Of a DNA stretch of 42,029 nucleotides, positions 33,814 through 42,029 are shown one piece after another (the first letter of the stretch is position 1; every line of letters starts with the position of its first letter). The notes beneath the pieces are model-generated. The model was not told the origin of the DNA, searched no databases, and saw nothing but the letters and a program-made list of their open reading frames with translations. Both the position numbers and the translations under genes were made by a program. Source of the stretch: Promethearchaeota archaeon (GTDB taxonomy: Archaea; Asgardarchaeota; Lokiarchaeia; Sigyniarchaeales; SOKP01); contig JAHLWP010000037.1 in assembly GCA_019057865.1 (NCBI GenBank), forward strand, positions 1-42,029, in the 5' to 3' direction.

Positions 33814-36800
33814 TTGACATATATTAAAAAAATCTCTATGACTGGTTTCAAATCATTTGGAGAACGAACAGTAACAATCAAATTTTCAAGTGGTTTCACA
33901 TGTATTGTTGGACCAAATGGTGCGGGGAAATCTAATATTATAGATGCATTATGTTTTGCTTTAGGCAGACTAAGTAAGAAGACTATGAGAGCAAAAAGTT
34001 TAGAAGACCTTATTTTTGCTGGTGCTAAAGGAAAAAATCCCTCAACAAGAGCTTCTGTGACAATGTATTTTGATAATTCAGAAAATGTTTTTCCCGGGAG
34101 TACCGATACATTCGAAATAACACGGACTATTAAAAAAGGGGGTGGTGGAGGGTATAAAATGAATGGTAAAAAATCTACTCGTCAACAGATTCTCAATGCT
34201 TTAGCAGCAGCTAATGTAGATCCAGATGGTAGTAACCAATTCGTTCTTCAAGGTAAAATTGTTGAATTAACTCATATGAATGCAGTAGAGAGAAGATTAT
34301 TCATTGAAGAATTAATTGGGCTTCAGAAATATGACGAAATGAAAGATTCCACCTTAAAAGAGTTAGAAAAAGCAGAAAGAGATTTAGGACAGTTTGAAGC
34401 AATTTTTAAAGAAGTTTCTGCTCAGCTTAAAAAAGTTGAAAAAGAAAAAAATGATGCATTAGCTTGGAATGAATTAGATCAACAAATTAATTTCTTAAAT
34501 TCAAAATTAATTGCTTTAAAAATTTCAAAATTACGAGAAGAAGAAGATGAATTAGAAAAAAAGGTTGAAGAATCTTCAAAAATTATTGAAGAACTGAAAG
34601 AAAAGATCTCTCGACAAGAAGATATCCTGAAACAAGAATCATTAGTTATGGAGAACATTCAGAAAACGATTACTGATAGAGAAAAGGAAAGAGAAGAAAT
34701 AAATGAAAACATAACAAATTTAAAGACACAATTATCTTCAAGTCAAACTACTTTAGATTTAGCTAGAAAATCAATAGATAAATTGACGCAAGAAATAAAA
34801 AATTTAGAGAATTTACTAATGGTACTTGAGGAAGGACAAACTTATGATTCTTTAATACAAGATGTATCTAGTCAAATTTCTGAGTGTGAAAATCACCTCG
34901 AAGCAGCTAAAAAGGAAATTGAAAGAAGACAACAAAATCAATCTGAGTTTGATATAAAAATTAAAAATAATGAGGATGAAAAATCACAATTTAAAGCGGA
35001 AATTTCAAAAATACAACAAGATATCTCATCAAATAATACCCAGATAAAGCTTCTTAGAGAAAGTATAAAAAAGAATGAAGATAAGAAAATTAAATTAGAA
35101 ACTGAATTGAATAAATTGAAACGAGAAGCTGAAAGTATAGATGAAGCTATTGATGAGGTAAAAAAAACTGAAAAACAAATTAGAAAGAGAATTGAAGATT
35201 TAAAAACTAAAATTAATGAAGAAAATCAAAAACAAAAAGAGTTAGAAACTAACATTAATGCTATTCAAGAAGAAAAAAATCAACTAAATTCAAAATCGGT
35301 TCTTCTACAATCTACATTATCATCATTGAATACTGAAATTAGTATGAATAGAAATACAATCCAAGATTTAAATGATAAAAAAGCATCTTTTGAGAATAAA
35401 ATTAGAGATTTAAGTAAAGGTAAAGACACAGAAGAAGTTGTAAAAGGTTTATTGAAAGAAAATGAAAATATTAACAAACAATTGAGTGAATTAAAAACAG
35501 GTTTAAAAAAAGAAAACTCAGTATTTAGGAGTAATGAACAAAATCTAGAACTATTAAAGATGAAACAATATTCATTTGATTCAGAAATTCATGATAATAA
35601 TGCAAAAATAGATAATATTAATACAGAATTAAAAATTTTTAAAAAAGAATTAACTAAATTAGAGCGTGAAAAGGGTAATTCAGAAGTGCAAATTAATTCT
35701 CTAAATAGCAATCTATCAAAAATAGAAAAAGATACAGAAAATTTTAATTTTAAAAGTCAGAACATTCAAAGACGTTTAGAAGAACTTACAAAGGAAAGAG
35801 ATAGTATATTAGAAAAAATTGAATCTTCTGAAGTAGAATATGAGAAAAATACCCGAGATATAACTGGAATTCTTCAAATTTTAAATATGCTCACTCAAAA
35901 TATTAACATTTCTGTTGAATCTATTAAAAGTAACATCCAATTATCAAATGCAGAAGCAATTGAGACCTCTGCTGAAGATTTCAAAAAGTTTATTCTAGAT
36001 ATTGTAGATATCATGAAAACTGTTGAGGGGATTAGTATGGATACTGAACAATCCTCTGAAATGTCAGGCATGTTAAATTCTATCCTCCGAACTTTAAAAT
36101 TATTTACTGATAATGCAGATTCATCAATTGATCAATTAATTAATAGAGTTAAAGAATCTGCTGATGTAGAAGTACAAGAATCAACCTCAACCTTTGATAG
36201 CTTTGTACAGGATTTAATGGAAATTCTTGAAAATGTCTATCTTTCATTAAGAAAATTAACAATGTCAAAAAGTCAAGATTTATATAAGCAACTAGAAGAT
36301 ATCTCTGAAAATATTAAATCACAAGGTGATGATCTTAATAGTGCGGAGAAAAAATTGTCAGAATTAAGTCTTCTAAAAAAACATAATTCAGAAACCTTGT
36401 CAACATTAACAAGAAGACTTGAAGAAATTAATGGAAGAAATAAGGAATTAAATGAAAAAATTAAAAATTCTGAATTAGAAATTGAAGAAAGAAAGAAATT
36501 AGTCAATGAGAAGCAAAAAGAAACAGAAAAATTAGAAATTGAGATAAATAAATTAAAAGAACTAAAAGATACTTACTGGGAAAATATTTCGAAGATTCAA
36601 GATGATATTGATAAAAAACAAAAGGAATTAGAAGATTTAAGAGAAAATCTACAAGAATTGCACGGAATCCAAAATTTATTTGAAAATATTACAGAAATTG
36701 ACAATGACATAGGAAAGTTAAATAATATTATTGAGGAAAAGAAAAATTCAATTATCAATACAGAAGAAAGCATAAATCAAATTCATACAGAACAAGATAC

Positions 36801-38259
36801 CTTACAAAACAAAATTGAAACATTAATTTTAGAAAAAGAAAAATTTTGGGAAAAAACAGAAAGTTTAAGGAAACAAATAGACAAGGAAAATGAGTCATTA
36901 GAAGATACAATGGATCGTCTAAGAGCACTTGAAAATGTGATGAGAATTATTAATTCAATTGAAGATATTAAGAAAGAGAATATAGATGCTAACAATAAAA
37001 TTGAACTTTGTCTTAACAATATTGAAAATTTCAATTCTCAAGTAGATGAAATTCAAAAAACTGTTGATCAAAAACAACAGACTATAGATTCCTTGAGAAA
37101 TGAAAAAACTAAAGAAGTAGAATTACAAAAAGCAGCTCAAAAAGAATTAAATAAATTAAATAAGGATTTACAGAAATATCAACGCCAAATTAATGAGCTA
37201 AACAAAAATAAGGAAAGAGAACAAAAAATTTCAGAATTAAATCAAGATATTAAAGATACTGAAAAACAAATAGAATCAATTTTAGAAGAGTTAGAAAAAT
37301 TTAAAGAACAACTTAATAGTGAAAATGGAAAAAAGGATATAAAACAAAAAGAAATCGATGAATTCAATTATCAAAAGGACGAATCATGGAGAAAGCAAAA
37401 GCAATATCAAAAAATCTTAAATGATTTAAAATCAGATCTTTCTATGGAAAATGCTAAAATAAATAATTATGAATCTAAAAAAATAATTTGTACTGATCAA
37501 ATAGAGACTTTATTCCAGAGATCTAAAGAATATGGTTCACTCCCTCCTGTTACTGAGGATTTAACAGAAGCTGAATTACAATCAGATATTGGGGACGTAA
37601 CAACGAAGAAAAAAGCTCTTGAACCAGTCAACTTAAAAGCCATTCAACAATATGATGCCGTAAAAGAGAGATTCGATGAGATAGATATGCGAAGACAGAC
37701 TATTCAACGTGAACGCAAGGCGATCTTAGACGCAATAGATAAAATAGAACTTGAGAAGACAAGAACATTCATGAAAGCTTACCATGAAATAAATAGAGAG
37801 TTCAGTAGAATTTTCCAGAAGCTTAGTCCCGGTGGTTCGGCTAAAATGATCCTAGATCGCCCTGATAAACCCTTTGAAGGAGGGATTAGCATCGAAGCTC
37901 GACCTCGTGGGAAGAAAATTTCAAGTCTGGAAATTCTTAGTGGTGGAGAAAAAACTCTCGTGGCACTCTCATTTATCTTTGCCGTTCAAGAATTCATGCC
38001 AAGTCCGTTTTATATTCTCGACGAGATTGATGCTCAACTCGACGGTCCAAATGTTCACAGAGTTTCCATGTTGCTCAAGGAGATCTCTGATCAAGCACAA
38101 TTCTTGGTTATAAGCCACAGAGAGGAGAATATTGTAAATGCGGACAGGATATATGGCGTATCCATGCAGCAGTCCGGAATAACGGATATCTTTAGTGTCG
38201 ATTTAGAAGAAGAGGCAAAACGACTGTTAGAACTTCCCGACGTTCCTTCTCAAATATAA
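33814..38259 (+). CDS. smc: SMC-family ATPase with Smc-type heads, long coiled coils and a non-canonical apex
   Basis: GFKSF, GPNGAGKSNIIDA, Q-loop VLQG, PVNLKAI, LSGGEK, FYILDEIDAQLD, QFLVISHR. Confidence 0.9.
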   Translation: MTYIKKISMTGFKSFGERTVTIKFSSGFTCIVGPNGAGKSNIIDALCFALGRLSKKTMRAKSLEDLIFAGAKGKNPSTRASVTMYFDNSENVFPGSTDTFEITRTIKKGGGGGYKMNGKKSTRQQILNALAAANVDPDGSNQFVLQGKIVELTHMNAVERRLFIEELIGLQKYDEMKDSTLKELEKAERDLGQFEAIFKEVSAQLKKVEKEKNDALAWNELDQQINFLNSKLIALKISKLREEEDELEKKVEESSKIIEELKEKISRQEDILKQESLVMENIQKTITDREKEREEINENITNLKTQLSSSQTTLDLARKSIDKLTQEIKNLENLLMVLEEGQTYDSLIQDVSSQISECENHLEAAKKEIERRQQNQSEFDIKIKNNEDEKSQFKAEISKIQQDISSNNTQIKLLRESIKKNEDKKIKLETELNKLKREAESIDEAIDEVKKTEKQIRKRIEDLKTKINEENQKQKELETNINAIQEEKNQLNSKSVLLQSTLSSLNTEISMNRNTIQDLNDKKASFENKIRDLSKGKDTEEVVKGLLKENENINKQLSELKTGLKKENSVFRSNEQNLELLKMKQYSFDSEIHDNNAKIDNINTELKIFKKELTKLEREKGNSEVQINSLNSNLSKIEKDTENFNFKSQNIQRRLEELTKERDSILEKIESSEVEYEKNTRDITGILQILNMLTQNINISVESIKSNIQLSNAEAIETSAEDFKKFILDIVDIMKTVEGISMDTEQSSEMSGMLNSILRTLKLFTDNADSSIDQLINRVKESADVEVQESTSTFDSFVQDLMEILENVYLSLRKLTMSKSQDLYKQLEDISENIKSQGDDLNSAEKKLSELSLLKKHNSETLSTLTRRLEEINGRNKELNEKIKNSELEIEERKKLVNEKQKETEKLEIEINKLKELKDTYWENISKIQDDIDKKQKELEDLRENLQELHGIQNLFENITEIDNDIGKLNNIIEEKKNSIINTEESINQIHTEQDTLQNKIETLILEKEKFWEKTESLRKQIDKENESLEDTMDRLRALENVMRIINSIEDIKKENIDANNKIELCLNNIENFNSQVDEIQKTVDQKQQTIDSLRNEKTKEVELQKAAQKELNKLNKDLQKYQRQINELNKNKEREQKISELNQDIKDTEKQIESILEELEKFKEQLNSENGKKDIKQKEIDEFNYQKDESWRKQKQYQKILNDLKSDLSMENAKINNYESKKIICTDQIETLFQRSKEYGSLPPVTEDLTEAELQSDIGDVTTKKKALEPVNLKAIQQYDAVKERFDEIDMRRQTIQRERKAILDAIDKIELEKTRTFMKAYHEINREFSRIFQKLSPGGSAKMILDRPDKPFEGGISIEARPRGKKISSLEILSGGEKTLVALSFIFAVQEFMPSPFYILDEIDAQLDGPNVHRVSMLLKEISDQAQFLVISHREENIVNADRIYGVSMQQSGITDIFSVDLEEEAKRLLELPDVPSQI

Positions 38260-38281
38260 AAATAACCAAAGAATATCCATT

Positions 38282-41200
38282 TTATTTATTTTTTCTGCAT
38301 TTACTGCAAGGCTCAACTTTTTGGTTTACTAATCTTTTAAAGTACTTGGGAGTCATTGTAAATTCATGCTGATTTTGACATTGCATATATACTTTTTTAG
38401 TATTATTTTCATAGTCTGAGAAGAGGGTGTATTTCAAGGATTTTACCATTTCATAAAACTCGAGTTTAGCGGTCTTTTGTCTAGTTCTATTAGGATGGTT
38501 TTTATCTGCACAGATTTTACACCAACTTCCTTGGTACACGACTGCTGGAGTAGTATTCCATTCATGATTGTTTTCGCATTTAATTTTTATAGGTTTAAAT
38601 CGTCCTTTATATGGAGTTAATAGATATCCACCTTTATCACTAACGATCTGTTGAAATTTTTCTGCAAATAACTCCATTTGACATTTTGGACAAATCTCTG
38701 TGATTTCTTCATAAGTTCTTTTTAACCAGTAAGGAGTTCGCTTAAATTTATGTCCTTTTTGGCAAATATAACGTAATGGAGTTTTGGCATTAACATACTC
38801 ATTGAGTAAATCGCAATTAAACTTTTTTCCTATTTTTCGAAACTCTTCTGTTGTTCCTTTTGTATTCCCTGCACACTCTGAACACCAATTGTCTTTATAG
38901 ATGGAGTCAGGAGTCGTGGTCCACTGGTGTCCCTTTTCACACATAAGAGTTACTTCTTTTTTAGCTGAAAAATAGGGTGTGAGTAAAGTTCCGCCTTTTT
39001 TTTCGACACATGCTCGAAATTTTTTAGCATATTTATTTTCATATATAGTAAATTCCTTATAATCATATTTAGGGATATTTTCAAGAGCCTTTCCAGTTTT
39101 TCTTTCGTATTCTTGTATTATATAATCTTGTATTTCATCGTAAGGCACGATTTTATCATCGAGGATTTGAATGAGAATTACATTATTCTCCCAACATAAT
39201 TTTAATTTGAGAGCATCTTCATTTTTAATATTTTGTAAATCCTCATTCGTCATATTAAAGGTTTTTTTACGATGTTGAATTCCTTGATATTCAAACGCTA
39301 AACCCAATTCTTTGTTATATCCATCAAGTTCCATTTGGTTCCCCTTTTCATTTACAAGCCATGGAGGATAACTTTTCGGGAAGGGCCTTTTGAAGATTCT
39401 TTTGAAGAATTGTCTACAAATTGTCTCGCTAACGTATATATGGCAATCTGGGCACCAAGTATTGGAATAAACAACACTATTGTATGTAGTATCAAAGTGA
39501 TGTCCTTCAGCGCACTCAAGGTGTATTTTTGATTTAGCATTTTTAATATTTTTCGTATGACATTTTCCCCCTTTTTTTTCTGCGATTTCTTCAATGGTCT
39601 TTATAGTTACATATTTTTGTGTTCGAATATATTTTTGATATTTTTCTTTTGGGAACATCCTTTTCAGCTGATTCCGCGCAGAAGTATCGCTTATTAGAAG
39701 CCATTCCTGTATGTCATACGCATTAAATTTTCCCTTATTTTTCAAAATAAGATTCCTAATAGCTCTGGTTAAGAGGTCATTGTCCCTAATTTTCATTATT
39801 AAAGTGATATAAGTTGAAAGTATTTCTACTTGGTTTTTAATAGTGTTGGAACTATTATTTTGAGAAACATTTTCTAACAATTTTCTCTTTTTTTTCATAA
39901 AATTAATAAAGGTTTTAGTAGGACGAAGGCTCTTTATCCAGCAACCAAATTTATTAAATTCATTAATAAGGTCTTTTATTAACTCGATTTTATGTGTGTA
40001 TTGTAAAAATTCTTCAAATAATTCAGATGTAAATTTTTTGCTTTTATATAATTCCTTATAACTTTTGAATTTTTTTTTTAAAACTTCATATTTATTAGAA
40101 AGATGTCTGAGAAATTTATATTTTATTTCACTAACAAGCGCGGGATTCCACCAATGACGATCTTGAAAGTATGCTTTAAATCCGCTTATATTCAAATATA
40201 AATGTAAGTGAATTGGGTCTATATTTCGTAGTTTATTTATGATTGAGTTAAACTCATCTCTTACTTTTTTAGTTAATTCTCCTTTTTCATATTTTTTATA
40301 TAATTCTTCTAAATCTTCATAATTTCTAAAATTTTGAATGATCTCTTTCAAAATTACTTTAAGTTCAGAGCTGAGATCTTCTTCTATAGATCCTTCTATC
40401 CAATGCTTAAGTGTCCTTTGCCATTCCTCCTCTCTTTCTTTCTCTTCTTTTTCTTCTAATTCCTTAGTTTTTAATTCTTGTTGTTCTAACCATTGGCTAA
40501 ACCCTTTTGTCTCTCTTCCTGCATATATAGATCTTTTACTAGTTTCTTGGCGATATAATTGCTGAAGCTTTTTATATTCTTCTTCTTCAGCTTCTTTACT
40601 CTCTAGCTTGTTTTTTTTCTCAATGGATTCGTTGATTCTTTCTTGATATGGCTCTACATCATCCATTTCGATATCATTTAATTCTGTGTTGATCTCTTCT
40701 TCTGCTTCTTTTTTTTCCACTTCTTGATAGATGTTTCTATTTTCATTGTTACTATAAACAGAGATTTGTTTAATTTGTTCTGATTCTTTTAAATCTGAGT
40801 TTATTTCATCAATTTCAGCTTGTTTGATTCTAAGTTCTTCAGTCATATCTTTTTCTTGTTCGTTTTGCTGTTTTTCTTCTATTTCACTTAAGAAGAAATC
40901 CTTCGCAATCTCTTCCACCTGCTCGTCTATTTCTTCTTGAGGTTTTCCTTGTTGGTGTAATTTTTCTTCAGTATTTAAAAAATATTCTATTGCATCTACC
41001 CTATCAATCTCTTCTCTTACATCATCGTCATCCTCTTCATCTTCATGGTCAATTAATTTTAATTTTTCTTTTTCTTGTTGTTCATAGAGCTTTTCAACAT
41101 TTTTTAAGAGTTTATAAGTTTCTTCTGCCTCATGCATTAAATTACTGATTTCTTCAGAATTCTTCCCTTCTTGTTCATACTGTTCATATTTTTCCCAAAG

Positions 41201-42029
41201 ATAATCAAACTCTTCTGGCTCTATCTCTGCTTCTTCTGATGTATCATTGACATCTTCCCCTTGTGCATCACCAGAAAGTATTTCCTCAATATGCTCTTCC
41301 TTCTGATCTTCTGTAATTTCTTTTTCTTGTTCCTCTAATTCTTGGGCCTCTTCCTTTTCTTCTTTATTACTATTTCTTTCTTTAATTTCCCTATAAGCTT
41401 GCTCAGCATTAAAGGCGGTATTATCATTTTCCTCTTCAGAATAGCCTAACTTCTCATCATATTCTTTCAGCATGCGTCCTAATTCTTCCATATCCCTAAC
41501 AAATTTTATCTCTTCGGTATCAATAATAGGATCTTGGTTATTTTCGTATTCTTCTGGATCTATTTCTATTGCTTCTTCCTCATTCTCTAGGTACTCCTCT
41601 TCCTCCTCAGTATATTCCTCACTTTCAGCTTGAAGTTCTTCCTGATTTTCTCCTTCTATTTCAGGATTTTCATGCATTAATACAATACTTTGAGAGCCGA
41701 TATTTTCATATTCTTCTTCCGCCTCATTAAATTGTTCATCAAACTCCTTATCAAGCTCCTCATCTGTTAATTCTTCCATTTCATGAAATCCACTATTAAA
41801 ATCCTCATCAGTCTCATCTGTTAATTCTTCCATTTCATGAAATCCTCCATTAAAATCCTCATCAGTCTCATCTGTTAATTCTTCCATTTCATGAAATCCA
41901 CTATTAAAATCCTCATCAGTCTCATCTGTTAATTCTTCCATTTCATGAAATCCTCCATTAAAATCCTCATCAGTCTCATCTGTTAATTCTTCCATTTCAT
42001 GAAATCCACTATTAAAATCCTCATCAGTC
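38282..42029 (-). CDS. Large protein (5' end beyond the window): acidic repeat region, HTH-like segment, five CxxxH...CxxC zinc-ribbon repeats and a Vsr/DUF559-like endonuclease domain
   Basis: CAEGH..WCPDC, CEKGH..WCSEC, CQKGH..CPKC, CENNH..WCKIC, CQNQH..CSKC; ELDGY...LAFEYQGIQH...D..K...C. Confidence 0.78.
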   Translation of the reverse strand, partial: TDEDFNSGFHEMEELTDETDEDFNGGFHEMEELTDETDEDFNSGFHEMEELTDETDEDFNGGFHEMEELTDETDEDFNSGFHEMEELTDEELDKEFDEQFNEAEEEYENIGSQSIVLMHENPEIEGENQEELQAESEEYTEEEEEYLENEEEAIEIDPEEYENNQDPIIDTEEIKFVRDMEELGRMLKEYDEKLGYSEEENDNTAFNAEQAYREIKERNSNKEEKEEAQELEEQEKEITEDQKEEHIEEILSGDAQGEDVNDTSEEAEIEPEEFDYLWEKYEQYEQEGKNSEEISNLMHEAEETYKLLKNVEKLYEQQEKEKLKLIDHEDEEDDDDVREEIDRVDAIEYFLNTEEKLHQQGKPQEEIDEQVEEIAKDFFLSEIEEKQQNEQEKDMTEELRIKQAEIDEINSDLKESEQIKQISVYSNNENRNIYQEVEKKEAEEEINTELNDIEMDDVEPYQERINESIEKKNKLESKEAEEEEYKKLQQLYRQETSKRSIYAGRETKGFSQWLEQQELKTKELEEKEEKEREEEWQRTLKHWIEGSIEEDLSSELKVILKEIIQNFRNYEDLEELYKKYEKGELTKKVRDEFNSIINKLRNIDPIHLHLYLNISGFKAYFQDRHWWNPALVSEIKYKFLRHLSNKYEVLKKKFKSYKELYKSKKFTSELFEEFLQYTHKIELIKDLINEFNKFGCWIKSLRPTKTFINFMKKKRKLLENVSQNNSSNTIKNQVEILSTYITLIMKIRDNDLLTRAIRNLILKNKGKFNAYDIQEWLLISDTSARNQLKRMFPKEKYQKYIRTQKYVTIKTIEEIAEKKGGKCHTKNIKNAKSKIHLECAEGHHFDTTYNSVVYSNTWCPDCHIYVSETICRQFFKRIFKRPFPKSYPPWLVNEKGNQMELDGYNKELGLAFEYQGIQHRKKTFNMTNEDLQNIKNEDALKLKLCWENNVILIQILDDKIVPYDEIQDYIIQEYERKTGKALENIPKYDYKEFTIYENKYAKKFRACVEKKGGTLLTPYFSAKKEVTLMCEKGHQWTTTPDSIYKDNWCSECAGNTKGTTEEFRKIGKKFNCDLLNEYVNAKTPLRYICQKGHKFKRTPYWLKRTYEEITEICPKCQMELFAEKFQQIVSDKGGYLLTPYKGRFKPIKIKCENNHEWNTTPAVVYQGSWCKICADKNHPNRTRQKTAKLEFYEMVKSLKYTLFSDYENNTKKVYMQCQNQHEFTMTPKYFKRLVNQKVEPCSKCRKNK
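41759..42029. repeat. 54-bp tandem repeat, about five copies in an alternating ABABA pattern, running off the window end
   Basis: CATCTG unit starts at 41761, 41815, 41869, 41923 and 41977; encodes MEELTDETDEDFN(S/G)GFHE on the minus strand. Confidence 0.97.

Noticed and set aside
6288-40565. Short antisense or alternate-frame ORFs in the track (e.g. 6288, 7425, 9398, 9941, 10946, 12956, 13560, 15396, 16091, 17051, 18178, 23080, 24037, 24407, 25642, 26143, 28240, 29427, 31280, 35280, 36273, 36783, 37874, 39335, 39352, 40338)
   Set aside because: They are shadows of well-supported genes, mostly with the S/F/L/I-rich composition typical of antisense reading of E/K-rich genes, and show no motifs.
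41759-42029. CRISPR array
   Set aside because: The units are head-to-tail with no unique spacers, the length is a multiple of 3 and in frame with an ORF, and no cas genes are present.

Overview
Very AT-rich archaeal chromosomal window, most consistent with an Asgard archaeon of the Lokiarchaeia/Promethearchaeia type. This is an inference from the roadblock protein, Rag/Arf-like GTPase with a C-terminal roadblock/longin-like domain, EMC6-like protein and uDENN/longin-like protein, alongside archaeal rpl15e, rnp2/rnp3 and arcTGT. Mostly housekeeping content: tRNA-Ile(GAT), an adk6-tgtA-DUF371-trm5 operon, trpB2, pyrI, rqc2/NEMF, RNase P subunits, rpl15e, a degenerate cdc6/orc1 and an smc. Signals not in the ORF track: (1) a Trp-rich leader peptide (MIIWFNFMATGNYYFWQWPWSWL) inside a long nested hairpin followed by a pyrimidine tract upstream of trpB2, a candidate ribosome-dependent Trp attenuator in an archaeon; (2) an SMC with canonical heads but no hinge or zinc hook, with an internally duplicated helical domain at its midpoint; (3) a box C/D sRNA whose guide predicts the P-loop Gm2251-equivalent methylation; (4) a tRNA-Arg(TCT) with a 30-nt repeat-like insertion in the D-arm; (5) two genes that appear to start at ATA; (6) a GC3-shifted 3' end of smc facing a zinc-ribbon endonuclease-like gene with 54-bp tandem repeats; (7) a four-gene metabolic cassette splitting the conserved rpl15e-rnp3-rnp2 order. 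All family calls come from motif recognition by eye; no database searches were run.
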